DNA of 64,000 nt from an uncultured candidate division Zixibacteria bacterium (GCA_963735035.1 CAVTJJ010000004.1:416001-480000); one strand, 5' to 3'. Shown: positions 32,338 to 43,083, counted from the stretch's first letter. Program-made: numbers and translations. Notes: generated by a model not told the origin, from the sequence alone.

Positions 32338-33216
32338 CTAAACCGACCTAAACAACAGCTTGTACCAGTCGCCCATCCCGAACGTGACCAGCACCACGCC
32401 GATAATTACCAGGATCACGATGATCATCTTGACAAAATCCTGACCTTTCAGTCCACCGGTCATGACCGGTTCGCGCGAGAGATAGGCCGACGCCGCGTAT
32501 AATTCCTCGCCCATCAGGGTGTAATCGCAAGCGGCGATAAAGAACGGCAACTGCTCTGGTTGGGCGGTGCCGGCGATCTGAATCGACCCAGCGGCATTGC
32601 CGGTCTCGGCCAGCAGAAGCGACTCGGCGAAAAAGGCCCCCATGTATATGTTCGTAGCCGGGCGCTCCCGCATCATGTACCCGTTGACTGTGGCTGTGAA
32701 AGCGAACTGCTCTCCCGCGACATATCGCACCGTATCGCGGTCATAGGAATCGTGCTTGCCCATTTCGGTATATGCCTGCTCGACCACTTCCTGCCCGGCC
32801 GCCAGCACCAGCGGATAGCGAACCGGCACCATGAGGGGGGTTTCATACTGGGCGGTAATACGTGCGACCCGGCCGAGAATCGAAATCCCGGCGATAGTCT
32901 GGATCTCGTCGAGCTCCTGCAAACCGGGGATAAAGAGCACGGGGCGGCCCATTTCGGTGGCACGTCCGACCGCTTCTTCGACCGCGTCCAACCCGGCGAT
33001 TTTGCGCAAAAAGAGCGGTTTGCCCTGACGAGCCCAGCGGGTGTAGAGGAGAATGGCCGCCGAGAATACGACCAGGAACACGAGGGCGTTAATTCGATCA
33101 ATCCGGAACAGCGGCGTCTCGTCGCTCTGCGCCCAAATCAGTGAGGGGGTGAGAAGGAACGCGAGGGTGAGTGTGGCTGTCTTCCGGGTGACAAACGTTC
33201 GGAGGTTCACAATCAC
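32338..33216 (-). CDS. DUF6754-like membrane protein
   Basis: LRKIAGLDAVEEAVGRATEMGRP, AESLLLAETG, QIAGT, QLPFFIAACDYTLMGEELYAASAYLS. Confidence 0.75.
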   Translation of the reverse strand: MIVNLRTFVTRKTATLTLAFLLTPSLIWAQSDETPLFRIDRINALVFLVVFSAAILLYTRWARQGKPLFLRKIAGLDAVEEAVGRATEMGRPVLFIPGLQELDEIQTIAGISILGRVARITAQYETPLMVPVRYPLVLAAGQEVVEQAYTEMGKHDSYDRDTVRYVAGEQFAFTATVNGYMMRERPATNIYMGAFFAESLLLAETGNAAGSIQIAGTAQPEQLPFFIAACDYTLMGEELYAASAYLSREPVMTGGLKGQDFVKMIIVILVIIGVVLVTFGMGDWYKLLFRSV

Positions 33217-33284
33217 GGTCTAATATATGAGAGAAGGGGGGTGGTTGTCAACGGGGGAGGGTGAGAGGGAGAGGGAGAGTGGCT

Positions 33285-33515
33285 TCGGTGGCCCACCCTA
33301 CGGGTGGGACTGGTAGCCCCAATCGGTGGCCCACCCTTCGGGTGGGATTCATGAATTAACTGATCGGCAGGGTTCCAGCCCTGCCGAGGATGGGTAGCCG
33401 ATAGCTTGCTCTGAGGACGGTGGAAGAAAATGCAGTAGGTCAGGAGGCCTTCGGCTCCTGACTGGCGGATCCTGCAAGAAAGAATGTCAGGAGGCAAAGG
33501 CCTCCTGACCTACTA
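33285..33515. repeat. REP cluster including an inverted GTAG-type pair
   Basis: GTAGGTCAGGAGGCCTTCGGCTCCTGAC and GTCAGGAGGCAAAGGCCTCCTGACCTAC, plus GGCCCACCC..CGGGTGGG twice. Confidence 0.75.
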
Positions 33516-33518
33516 TGG

Positions 33519-33995
33519 CTACACAGCCAGAATTCTTTCCATCAGGATCACCTTCTTGTCACGGGGAAAAGGAGGTCGGCGCGTTTCTCGACCAGTAACC
33601 GACATTCCCATCGCTTGATAGAAGGGCACTGAAGATTCGCCTAGTGCAACCAGGGACAATTTCAGATGGCCGTCACTTCTGATGGTCTTCTCAGCCGCGT
33701 TGTACAATTGCGCGCCGACACCCTTGCGGTGCCAATTCGGGTCGACATATAGTCTCGTGATCGTCGCACCCCTTGTCGAAACCATTCCTACAATGGTCCC
33801 ATCGCTGCAAGCTACCAGGTAGAGCTCGGTCACACAGTCGCGTTCAACCGTTTCAACCGATCCTCGCTTAGCAACCAGGAACTCGACATACTCTTCGGGA
33901 AACCCCTCTGTCTTGCCAAGCCACCGATAGCAGGTGCACAGGAGGGTGCTGACGGCGGGGATGTCGATTTTCTGCATTGATCTTATGAATACCAT
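33519..33995 (-). CDS. GNAT-family acetyltransferase
   Basis: ITRLYVDPNWHRKGVGAQL, SVPFYQAMGM. Confidence 0.85.
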   Translation of the reverse strand: MVFIRSMQKIDIPAVSTLLCTCYRWLGKTEGFPEEYVEFLVAKRGSVETVERDCVTELYLVACSDGTIVGMVSTRGATITRLYVDPNWHRKGVGAQLYNAAEKTIRSDGHLKLSLVALGESSVPFYQAMGMSVTGRETRRPPFPRDKKVILMERILAV

Positions 33996-34220
33996 TCCGC
34001 ATTCCTGTTGGACTCAGATAGAATCGCGCGAAGGTTAGCTCGTACAGGCGATGGCGTCAGCTGAAAACTTACTGGATGTAGGTCGGGTTTGAGCATGATT
34101 CAATTGAGTGAAGAACCCTACACAACGCCACACAAGAAAACCGGCAGGGTTCTAGCCCTGCCGATCAGTTAAGTCGAGTAGTGAGCCGCTACGAGTTGAG
34201 CGCACAGCCCGACACAGGCT

Positions 34221-35021
34221 CTACTTGCGCTCATCTGTCGGCCGGGTCTTTTCGAGTGGTAGCAGGACTGGCGGGATCGAAGGGATCTTGCCGTGATATT
34301 GGTGCCGCAAAGCTTCTTTTGCCACAGGTTCCAATAGGTTGAAGATATAGGAGTACAGGATGTCGGTGTTTGATCCAAATGTGTTCACCGGCGCGTTGCT
34401 CAGTGCAACCACTTCTTTTCCATCAAAACCTACTCGCCTTACTGCTATGCCACGGCTGTGCGGGTTTATTGGGATCGTGTCAGGGCTGGAAAGGACTTCA
34501 GACATGAGCCCGAGTTGTGCTGTGATCCACTCCTCGGTCTTTGAATTGGCTTCGGCCGAAATGGGAACGTGGATCTCATCCATCCCCTCGTAAGTCAGAA
34601 AAGAACCGATCGCGAGTAGTCCGCTATCTGTGCATACCAGCGCATCGCACATGTAACTGGGTCCGTCTACAGCGCCAACTTCGCAAGAATAAAGGACGCG
34701 GCTAATGTGAAACAAAGAATCACAACGGGACCAGAATTGACCCGGTTCGTCTCGCTGGAACCAGCCATCAATGATCTCACGCGACCAAATTGTCATAATA
34801 CTATTGGGTGATTCTCGAAACTGATTGTCCATCAGGCTGTCGACAAGCTGCTCGTATGCGGCTTGGTTGTAGATGAAACTGGTATCTGTCGCATTAGCAC
34901 AGAAGCTGCACTCATTGCTGCCACTGGATTGGCATCCGAGCCAGACCAGGGAGATCCAGCATACCACGACGATTATGCCTACCCAATTGCGGTTGAATGA
35001 TAACTTGAGCCATCGTCCCAT
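34221..35021 (-). CDS. Hypothetical lipoprotein
   Basis: GGAG RBS, hydrophobic N-terminus ending WLGC. Confidence 0.6.
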   Translation of the reverse strand: MGRWLKLSFNRNWVGIIVVVCWISLVWLGCQSSGSNECSFCANATDTSFIYNQAAYEQLVDSLMDNQFRESPNSIMTIWSREIIDGWFQRDEPGQFWSRCDSLFHISRVLYSCEVGAVDGPSYMCDALVCTDSGLLAIGSFLTYEGMDEIHVPISAEANSKTEEWITAQLGLMSEVLSSPDTIPINPHSRGIAVRRVGFDGKEVVALSNAPVNTFGSNTDILYSYIFNLLEPVAKEALRHQYHGKIPSIPPVLLPLEKTRPTDERK

Positions 35022-35124
35022 TTCACACTCCTGCTTTGACGAGAAGATACCCGTGTTTTGGCAATGATGTCAGCAGAACATTCATCCAGAGCAGGAAAAC
35101 AAGACGAACACGGCCGCGAGGCCG

Positions 35125-35545
35125 TCACACCGGAGAAAGCCGGTGCCCAGTTATGACTGCAGAGGCAGCACAACAATGTTCAAGATTATGATCGAAAGGA
35201 GGGGCCGAACATAGGATCCAGTTCTCTTGCCACCACAACTGGGTCCCGACTTTCGTCGGGATGACGGGGCTTCGCCCCGTTTCTTTCCTGTCTTGCGCCC
35301 ACAAGAAGACCGGCAGGGTTGGAACCCTGCCGATCATGTTTGAGTGCAAATGTGGATCTGCCGCGTCGGACCGGGCACAAACAAAATGCCGTCAGGCAGA
35401 GACGCCTGACGGCACACAGTTGTGACTTGAAACAAAAGACCCGGCAGATGTGGACATCTGCCGGGCACGTTTTGTGGACTTTTATCTTCACCCACCCGAA
35501 GGGTGGGCCATCAAGGGGCAGACGAGACGTCTGCCCCCCACCTAT
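35125..35545. repeat. Mixed REP cluster
   Basis: CTGGGTCCCGACTTTCGTCGGGATGAC, GGCAGGGTTGGAACCCTGCC, CGGCAGATGTGGACATCTGCCGGGCAC, CCCACCCGAAGGGTGGG and others. Confidence 0.75.
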
Positions 35546-35550
35546 CAGCC

Positions 35551-36633
35551 CTACTCGGCCACGGTCGGGCTGCTCAGTTCCTTCTTCAGGTTCTCGATCA
35601 CATCAACCGGAGTAGCATCGATATCACTCATCACCGCCAGATAATATGACACGAAATCACCCATCTGGATCAGGTTGAACAGGCGCTGCATGGGCGTCTC
35701 ACCCGTAGCATACAGGTCTATTACCATGATATCCTGCTCTTCGATCAATCTCTTCACCACATCCATGCGGGCGGAGACTTTCTCGTGATCGTCCTCACTC
35801 CGGAGATTCAGCACGATCAACTGTTCCTTCTGTTCGAAAGAGAGAGCCGACCAACCGACCAGTTCGTTGTGATTGAATTCCGGATAGACATTGGAAAAAG
35901 CCAGAATCTTCGAGTTCTCACAGACCTGGGTCTTCCAGCGCATCGCCGCGACATCGGTCAGAGTCGGTCCGGCGTAGATAATCGGAATCTTGCCGTGAAT
36001 GAGTTGAGCCAGTTGCTTGGCCGGGTTAGCCTGGCTAAGTGAGCTTTCGGCCATTCGTTCGCGAGTGCTCTTGAGATGCTCAATCGTTCCGCGAATGAGT
36101 TCGGTGGCATTCTTGGCCAGCCCGACTTTCTCCAGGAAGACCATCAACGGCACGAACGAATAGCCCAGCGCGGCGCGCGGCTGTAGTCCGCCCGGCAGTT
36201 TGAGCATCGGAATTTCGTTTAACTGGGCGACTTCTTCAAGCAGTCCGCCGGTGGTCATGACAACAATCATGGCCCCACGTCCGAGGGCGTCATCGATAGC
36301 CGACAGGGTCTCCTCGGTATTGCCGCTGTATGACGAGACGATCACCAGCGATTCGTCGTCGACAAACTCCGGAAGAGCATAGTTGCGACAGACCTGGAAC
36401 GGGATGACCAGTTCCCGGGTGAGGAGGGAGCGGGCGATATCGCCGCCGATGGCCGAGCCGCCCATGCCGACCGCGACCACGTTGCGGATATCGGGGAACT
36501 CGTTGGCCGGAACGTTCCAGCCGCCGGCCATCTTGAGGGCTTTCGCCATCTGTTCCGGCAAATCGAAAATAGCGTTGTGCATGTTGCCGGGGTCAAGCGC
36601 CCGGATGGCGTCTAAATCGTCAAGCTGTGCCAA
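35551..36633 (-). CDS. Bifunctional phosphoglucose/phosphomannose isomerase
   Basis: GMGGSAIGGD, SSYSGNTEET, QPRAALG, RWKTQVCENSK, PEFNHNE. Confidence 0.93.
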   Translation of the reverse strand: MAQLDDLDAIRALDPGNMHNAIFDLPEQMAKALKMAGGWNVPANEFPDIRNVVAVGMGGSAIGGDIARSLLTRELVIPFQVCRNYALPEFVDDESLVIVSSYSGNTEETLSAIDDALGRGAMIVVMTTGGLLEEVAQLNEIPMLKLPGGLQPRAALGYSFVPLMVFLEKVGLAKNATELIRGTIEHLKSTRERMAESSLSQANPAKQLAQLIHGKIPIIYAGPTLTDVAAMRWKTQVCENSKILAFSNVYPEFNHNELVGWSALSFEQKEQLIVLNLRSEDDHEKVSARMDVVKRLIEEQDIMVIDLYATGETPMQRLFNLIQMGDFVSYYLAVMSDIDATPVDVIENLKKELSSPTVAE

Positions 36634-36659
36634 GATTCCGTCCTTGCTAACAAATAAAG

Positions 36660-38414
36660 TTACGCGTTTTCAATCGTGTTTCTATAACTCTGTATCCGTC
36701 GCATCGCGGCGACGGCGCTCTGGCTCGACAACACCGGGCCAACCAGACCCTTTACCGAGCCGGCGTCAATCTTTCGAATTAAGCGACAAGAGTCAAATAC
36801 CTTGTTTGGGTTCATCGATAATCCGGTGACCCCCATTCCGACAAATAAAATTATTCCCAGCGGGTCGCCGGCCACTTCGCCACAGACGCAGACCGGCTTC
36901 TTGAGGCGGCGACAGGCCCTTATAGTCATGTCCACCAGGGTCAAGACAGAGGGGTGGAAGGGGTTGTACAGGCTGGCCACCCGGTCGTTGGCCCGGTCGG
37001 CTGACATGGTGTACTGGGTCAGGTCGTTGGTGCCTATATGGACGAAATCGGCCAGCTCGGCCAGCGGTCCGGCCATGAGCGCTGCCGAGGGGACCTCGAC
37101 CATGACGCCCACCCGGATATTCTCGTCAAACCCCAGTCCGGCCCGGCGCAGCTCAAGCATCGCCTGTGAAATCAGTTTCTTGGCTTTGCGGAGTTCGCCG
37201 ATATCGGCAATCATCGGCAGCAGGATACTGGTATTCCGACGGGTCGATGACCGCAGAATGGCCCGAACCTGCGCTTTGAACACTTCGGGCATTTCGAGCA
37301 TCGAGCGGATTCCGCGCCAGCCGAGAGCCGGATTAGGCTCGATGAACTGCGGGTCGCCGGAGCGAACTTTGTCCGAGCCGAGATCAAAAGTGCGGAATAT
37401 GACGTGAGACGACTCAAACCGGGCCGCGATCCGGTCATAAAAGCGGAACTGAGCTTCCTCGTTGGGGGCCTCTTCGCCTTCAAGATAGAGAAACTCGGTG
37501 CGATAAAGGCCGACCGGAATCTGCTTGCTGGCCAAAATGTCATCAATCGGGCCGGGGAATTCGAGATTGGCAGCTATCTGGACCTGAACGCCATCGGCGG
37601 TGCGAGGCGGGATTTCGGTAATCTGTTTGATCCGGTTGATAATCGCCGGACCGAGCTTAACGCGCCTCTTCTCGTATTCACCCCACTCCCGGTCGGTCGG
37701 ATTGATTATAACCTGACCGAGGGAACCATCGACAATCATCCGGCACCCGGCCGTCGCCTTAGTCAGAATCTGAGGAGCTGCAACCATCGGTATCAAGAGC
37801 GAGCGGGCGATCAAAGCGGTGTGAGAATGGGCGCCACATTCTGCGACCACAAACCCGGCCGCTTTACGATCGCGGTAGTCTAATACGTTTCCGGGGCTGA
37901 GTGACGGGACTACCAGGATCGTATGGGCATCAAACGGTGTAGTCGATTTCTCGCCGACACCGGCCAGATGCGACAGCACCCGGTCCGCGACCGAGTCGAT
38001 CTCCTGTGCGGACTGACGCAGATACGGGTTCTCGGCCTGCCGCAATTGATGAGTATTCTGTCTCACCCAGAGGTTGTAGATGTAGGCGGCGTTGCGATGC
38101 TGGCGGGCAATCTCTTCTCTGACGTTATCGAGAAAGGCCTCGTCGGTCGCTATAAGTACCTGTGCTTCAAAGACATTGGATATGGAGCCGTCCATTTTAC
38201 GGCTCGCGGCATGCTGCAACTTGCGGAGTTCTTTCGCGGTTTCGGCGACAGCTTTATCAAGGGCGGCGATTTCAAGATCGACTTCGGAAGCCTTGACCGG
38301 CTTTTCGGCAACATCGAGAAAGCCCGGAATGATCACCTGGGCATGCCCCAAGGCGATTCCGGAAGATATTGGTATCCCTCTGATTACTTTACGCTTACCT
38401 GTTTCAGCACCCAT
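36660..38414 (-). CDS. ptsI: PTS enzyme I (PEP-protein phosphotransferase)
   Basis: GIPISSGIALG, SHTALIARSL (phospho-His), GLYRTEFL, RTFDLGSDK, NPALGWRGIR, IGTNDLTQY, CGEVAGDP. Confidence 0.92.
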   Translation of the reverse strand: MGAETGKRKVIRGIPISSGIALGHAQVIIPGFLDVAEKPVKASEVDLEIAALDKAVAETAKELRKLQHAASRKMDGSISNVFEAQVLIATDEAFLDNVREEIARQHRNAAYIYNLWVRQNTHQLRQAENPYLRQSAQEIDSVADRVLSHLAGVGEKSTTPFDAHTILVVPSLSPGNVLDYRDRKAAGFVVAECGAHSHTALIARSLLIPMVAAPQILTKATAGCRMIVDGSLGQVIINPTDREWGEYEKRRVKLGPAIINRIKQITEIPPRTADGVQVQIAANLEFPGPIDDILASKQIPVGLYRTEFLYLEGEEAPNEEAQFRFYDRIAARFESSHVIFRTFDLGSDKVRSGDPQFIEPNPALGWRGIRSMLEMPEVFKAQVRAILRSSTRRNTSILLPMIADIGELRKAKKLISQAMLELRRAGLGFDENIRVGVMVEVPSAALMAGPLAELADFVHIGTNDLTQYTMSADRANDRVASLYNPFHPSVLTLVDMTIRACRRLKKPVCVCGEVAGDPLGIILFVGMGVTGLSMNPNKVFDSCRLIRKIDAGSVKGLVGPVLSSQSAVAAMRRIQSYRNTIENA

Positions 38415-38478
38415 TGACAATCCAATCCGAATTGGACCACTATATAGTAAGAAAAACGGCGTAAACGCAAGCGGAATA

Positions 38479-38748
38479 TCAGATTTCCTCGCCGAAGCCG
38501 GTCTGGATCAGGGCGATTACGGCTTCGACGGCGGCCTCGGAGTCAGCTCCATCGGCCTCAATCATCAATTCAGCCCCTCGTTCGGCGGCGAGCATCATCA
38601 CGCCCATGATCGATTTGGCGTTGATGCGGAGATCATCGCGGGTGATAAACACCTCTGACTGAAACTTGGCGGCCACGGACACGAGCATGGCTGATGGGCG
38701 GGCGTGGAGACCCAGCTTATTTACGATTCTGGTACTGCGGCTGGTCAT
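38479..38748 (-). CDS. ptsH: Phosphocarrier protein HPr
   Basis: GLHARPS (His15), NAKSIMGVMML (Ser46). Confidence 0.96.
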   Translation of the reverse strand: MTSRSTRIVNKLGLHARPSAMLVSVAAKFQSEVFITRDDLRINAKSIMGVMMLAAERGAELMIEADGADSEAAVEAVIALIQTGFGEEI

Positions 38749-38751
38749 GGA

Positions 38752-39861
38752 CTACTGGTCGGTTAAAACGAAACGCTTGCCGGGAAGTTCTTGGACGACC
38801 CCTTTCAGCTCCAGGGCGAGGAGATATTCCATAATTTCAGACACAGTCAACCCGGCCATTCGGCAAAGCTGGTCAATCTGAAGTGGTCCGCTGGAAAGGT
38901 GGTCTACCATTTTGATTTCGATATCGGTCAGGTCCGGTTTTTGTCTTACCCGTTTGGCGGTAAGTTCGCCCGAGAGCCGGGGAATTTCATCAAAAACATC
39001 TTTGGTGCAGGTGAGCAACCTGGCGCCCTGCTTGATCAGGCTGTTGGCGCCGAACGAGCGTTCGGAATCCGGTCGGCCCGGAACGGCAAACAATTCCCGT
39101 CCCTGATCGAGCGCGAACTGGGCGGTGATGAGCGCCCCCGACTTCAGTCCGGCTTCCACTACAATCACACCCTCGGACATGCCCGAGATGATCCGATTGC
39201 GCTCGGGGAAATTCGACGGATTGGTGACGGTCCCTGGCCAATATTCGGAGTAGACCGCGCCTTGTTTCTGAATGCGTTCGGACAGTTCACGGTTGGAAGG
39301 TGGGTATACCAGGTCAATCGGTGTGCCCCATACGGCGAATGTCTGTCCACCTGCTTCCAGAGCCCCACGATGCGCGGCAGAATCGATTCCCTCGGCCATG
39401 CCTGAGACAACTGTTACTCCCGCTTGCGCCAGTTCGGTAGCCAGGCGGGCTGTGAATCTCCGACCCCATTCGGTGGCGTGACGGGTGCCGACAATGCCTA
39501 TCATCTTGTCGTGCTCCAGGATCGGTTCTCCGGAGCGGAACAAAAGTGGCGGGCGATCATCGATCTGAGCCAGGAGCGACGGATACTCGGGGGAATCGGG
39601 GAAGAGGACGGCCCAGCCTAGTTGTGCGATTCGGGCCGCCGTCAGGTGCGCAGTGTCGGAATCACATTTTTCTTTGATAGCCCCAGCCAGTACCTCTGAT
39701 AGTCCGGGCACCGCCGCTAGGGCGTCGAACGATGCCCCCAACGCCTGCGCCGGTGAGCCGAAATGACTGACCAGACGGGTGAATCTCCCCCGGCCTATGC
39801 CGGGTATGCTCAGGAGCGCGAGGGTATCAACCAGGCGCTCTTTAGTCTCGGAACTGATCAA
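38752..39861 (-). CDS. dprA: DNA-processing protein DprA
   Basis: IVGTR, VVSGMAEGIDSAAHRGAL, FPERNRIISG, SGALITA, C-terminal winged helix. Confidence 0.96.
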   Translation of the reverse strand: MISSETKERLVDTLALLSIPGIGRGRFTRLVSHFGSPAQALGASFDALAAVPGLSEVLAGAIKEKCDSDTAHLTAARIAQLGWAVLFPDSPEYPSLLAQIDDRPPLLFRSGEPILEHDKMIGIVGTRHATEWGRRFTARLATELAQAGVTVVSGMAEGIDSAAHRGALEAGGQTFAVWGTPIDLVYPPSNRELSERIQKQGAVYSEYWPGTVTNPSNFPERNRIISGMSEGVIVVEAGLKSGALITAQFALDQGRELFAVPGRPDSERSFGANSLIKQGARLLTCTKDVFDEIPRLSGELTAKRVRQKPDLTDIEIKMVDHLSSGPLQIDQLCRMAGLTVSEIMEYLLALELKGVVQELPGKRFVLTDQ

Positions 39862-40825
39862 GCTGCCTCTCTATCGCCTGAAGGAACAAATCCTCTCCAC
39901 GGTGTGCTACCGCTGAAAGGAAAAGATAATCGGGCGGTAGACCGGCGGAAACAACTTTAAGATCACTTTCGGATATGGTGTCGATCTTGGTAATGACGGT
40001 CAACGACGGACGCTTGACCAGGGCGGAATCGAACTCGGCCAGTTCCTTCTCCAGAACGCTGCGGGTCTGCGGAATATTCTCATCGTTCACGTCGATGACA
40101 TACACGATTACTCTGGTGCGCTGGATATGTTTGAGGAACTGGTGTCCCAGGCCTTTGCCCTGAGACGCGCCTTCGATCAATCCGGGGATGTCGGCCATGA
40201 CGCAGGATTTCGCTTCGCGAAACCGGACGATTCCCAGATTGGGGACCAGAGTCGTAAACGGGTAGTCGGCGATTTTTGGTCGGGCGGCAGAGAATGTGGC
40301 CAGGATCGTTGACTTGCCGGCGTTAGGCTGACCGACCAGGCCGACATCGGCCAGAAGTTTGAGCTCAAGAGCCAGGGCCAGTTGTCCACCGGGAAGGCCG
40401 GGTTGGGCTTGACGGGGCGTCTGATTGGTGGAAGACTTGAAATGGGTGTTGCCGAAGCCCCCTTTGCCGCCGGCGGCCAGAATCACGCGTCGTCCCGGCT
40501 CATCGAGATCGGCAATCAGCTCGCCAGTCTCGACATTCTTGATGAGGGTCCCTACCGGGACGCGCACTTCGATATCCGGAGCGGAGCGGCCGGTCTTGAG
40601 TGACCCCATGCCCGGCTGGCCGTTCTCGGCCTTGATCTTGGGCCGATAGCGAAAATCCAGAAGAGTCTTCAACTCGGGATCGGCTACCGCAATGACATCG
40701 CCCCCGCGGCCGCCATCGCCGCCGTTCGGCCCGCCTTTCGGGACATATTTTTCCTTACGGAATGCGACACAGCCTGGGCCGCCATGGCCGGCGGTAACCT
40801 CAATCTCAACATAATCGACGAACAT
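39842..40825 (-). CDS. obgE: GTPase ObgE
   Basis: Gly-rich Obg fold, GQPNAGKST, YPFTTLVPNLG, DIPGLIEGA, TKID. Confidence 0.97.
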   Translation of the reverse strand: MFVDYVEIEVTAGHGGPGCVAFRKEKYVPKGGPNGGDGGRGGDVIAVADPELKTLLDFRYRPKIKAENGQPGMGSLKTGRSAPDIEVRVPVGTLIKNVETGELIADLDEPGRRVILAAGGKGGFGNTHFKSSTNQTPRQAQPGLPGGQLALALELKLLADVGLVGQPNAGKSTILATFSAARPKIADYPFTTLVPNLGIVRFREAKSCVMADIPGLIEGASQGKGLGHQFLKHIQRTRVIVYVIDVNDENIPQTRSVLEKELAEFDSALVKRPSLTVITKIDTISESDLKVVSAGLPPDYLFLSAVAHRGEDLFLQAIERQLDQFRD

Positions 40826-40949
40826 TGGTGCAATATCCCGGTCCTGAGGCCAATTGTCAAACGCTCATAAGTTTTTGTTAGGCAGGAACCACCGGGAGAA
40901 AAATGTCCCGCAGAACCGGGCTTTCGTTATTTCCTCACACCTTTAGACA

Positions 40950-41130
40950 TAATTCTCCGGCTTGACCGGGGAATCTTGGGATTGTGGATGCCCCGCCTGA
41001 AGCGGGGCAAGACAGGAAGGGGCAGTCTTGTAGGGCGGGTCCGCTTCGAACCCGCCGGGAATCGGCAGATGTGGACATCTGCCGGGCACGTAGCACGGAT
41101 GCCCCGCCTAAAGCGGGGCAAGACATGAGG
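40950..41130. repeat. REP cluster
   Basis: GGATGCCCCGCCT(G/A)AAGCGGGGCAAGACA twice, GTAGGGCGGGTCCGCTTCGAACCCGC, CGGCAGATGTGGACATCTGCCGGGCAC. Confidence 0.75.
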
Positions 41131-41227
41131 GGGGGGAGTGATTCTGTCATAATGCCAAATTAGTGCAGCCCACCTGATTGACGCCGCCCGGACTCCTCGG
41201 TATATTGGCCGCCACTGAAAAGAGGAT

Positions 41228-41860
41228 ATGGACAATTTGCCTGGGTTAAATCAACGCAAACGGGAATGGTACGAACGGACGTCGCTCGTACTCGGCAAGG
41301 CCTGCCTCAAGCTCGGCCTGACCCCCAATATGCTGACAGCCATATCTCTAATCTGTGCTCTCGTAGCCGGTATTGAATTTTGGCGTGACCGGATGATTTC
41401 GGGGGTGATCTGGATGCTGGCCACCGCTATTACCGACATGCTCGACGGATCCACCGCCAGAGCCGGCAATATCGGAACGGTGTTTGGTGGGATTCTCGAC
41501 CATGTGTCCGATCGCTACGGCGAGTTTTTCATTCTCGCCGGGATAACACTCTCTGGGGCGGTCCACCCTGGCTGGGGGCTGTTTGCTCTTTTCGGAATGT
41601 TGATAGCCTCATACACGAGGGCCGCGGCCGAGTCGATGGGCAAAATCGAGAATTGTGCGGTCGGTATCATGGGTCGACTCGAAAAGTTTATTGCCATTAT
41701 GGCCGGATCGGTTCTCGAGAGCTTTGTCCCGAATTCGGCCTGGCCAAGAGGGCGCTGGCTGGAGCTGGCATTGATTGTAGTAGGGTTGACCTCAGTTATT
41801 ACGTCAATTCAACGCCTCGTATATACCCACAAAGTCCTCGGCGGCAGGAAATCCGGCTGA
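41228..41860 (+). CDS. CDP-alcohol phosphatidyltransferase (PIP/AIP synthase-like)
   Basis: TPNMLT, DMLDGSTAR...FGGILDHVSDRYGE signature, SYTRAAAES, GIMGRLE. Confidence 0.88.
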   Translation: MDNLPGLNQRKREWYERTSLVLGKACLKLGLTPNMLTAISLICALVAGIEFWRDRMISGVIWMLATAITDMLDGSTARAGNIGTVFGGILDHVSDRYGEFFILAGITLSGAVHPGWGLFALFGMLIASYTRAAAESMGKIENCAVGIMGRLEKFIAIMAGSVLESFVPNSAWPRGRWLELALIVVGLTSVITSIQRLVYTHKVLGGRKSG

Positions 41861-41937
41861 CCGCGGTCGCCCCAGCTTCTTCCTTGACTCCGGTCCTTCC
41901 AGTTACTACCTAAGCTGCTCTAACGATTGGATAAGGC

Positions 41938-42873
41938 ATGATTACAGCTATAGGCAATCCGGTTTACGATTACATCAAGACCCAAAAAGTCGACACCAAG
42001 GTTCGGGTTCTTTCCGGCTGTTCGACCAATGCCGCTCTGGCGCTGACTAAGCTCGGCAAATCTGTGCGACTGATCGGGGCAATCGGCGAGGATTATCGGG
42101 AAGATTTTGCGGCGTCGCTACGTCGGTACAAGATTGAATTCGAAATAGTCCCGTCACCCCAGACGGGTGGCTTCTCGCTGGTCTACTACGATAATTTCGG
42201 GAATCGTACACTCGATCTCCTCGGACGGGCCGACAACATCGAAAAGATCGACCCGCATTGGTATCAGGATTCCGAAGCTGTGCTGATCGGACCGATCCTC
42301 GGCGAGGTTTCGTTTGACAACATCCAGCAGATTAGAAACGGTTTCAAAGGGCTTTTCTTCTGCGACCCACAGGGACTTCTTCGCGGCGCAGACGAGTCTG
42401 GCCGCATCTATCACGAAAAGCCGGATGGGATCGAAGAAACGCTCGGGCTGTTCGACGTTGTCAAACCGAACGAACTTGAAGGCAAAGTGCTGACCGGAAT
42501 CGACTGCCGTCAGGACCCATACGAAGCCGCGCGCATCATCAAATCCTGGGGGCCGAAGATTGTCATAGTCACGCTGGCCGAACTGGGATCAATCATTTAC
42601 GATGGCCACCAGTTTGTCAATATTCCGCCGTATCAGATCAACCTGGTTGATTCGACCGGCGCCGGTGACACTTATATGGCCGGGTTCACGTTCGAGTATC
42701 TCCGCACGCACGACCTGAGACAGTCCGGCTGTTTCGCGTCGTGTGTGTCATCGATAATGATCGAACAGGTCGGGCCGGATTTTATGATGACCGAAGCGGA
42801 AGTCCGCCGTCGGCAGCAGAAATTGCTGGCGATGGAAAACTTCAAACCGGTGGTGGCGGTTAATAATCCGTAA
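41938..42873 (+). CDS. PfkB/ribokinase-family carbohydrate kinase
   Basis: DPQG, KPNELE, DSTGAGDTYMAGF. Confidence 0.9.
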   Translation: MITAIGNPVYDYIKTQKVDTKVRVLSGCSTNAALALTKLGKSVRLIGAIGEDYREDFAASLRRYKIEFEIVPSPQTGGFSLVYYDNFGNRTLDLLGRADNIEKIDPHWYQDSEAVLIGPILGEVSFDNIQQIRNGFKGLFFCDPQGLLRGADESGRIYHEKPDGIEETLGLFDVVKPNELEGKVLTGIDCRQDPYEAARIIKSWGPKIVIVTLAELGSIIYDGHQFVNIPPYQINLVDSTGAGDTYMAGFTFEYLRTHDLRQSGCFASCVSSIMIEQVGPDFMMTEAEVRRRQQKLLAMENFKPVVAVNNP

Positions 42874-42882
42874 ACGGTTGAA

Positions 42883-43018
42883 CCCACAGCAAGCTGTGGG
42901 GTACCCGTAGGTCAGGCCTACTCGGGGCCTGACAGCATACACTGACTGTGTCAGGCGTCAAGTCCGCCTGACCTACGAATGCAAACTGGCCGGGTCAGGC
43001 GTCAACTCCGCCTGACCG
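42883..43018. repeat. REP cluster including an inverted GTAG-type pair
   Basis: CCCACAGCAAGCTGTGGGGTACCC, GTAGGTCAGGCCTACTCGGGGCCTGAC, GTCAGGCGTCAAGTCCGCCTGACCTAC, GGTCAGGCGTCAACTCCGCCTGACC. Confidence 0.8.
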
Positions 43019-43083
43019 CGGTTAATGACCGAGCCACCGTCTGGCTGAGACGCCCGACGGCACCTTCAATGCGGAGGCAATCC

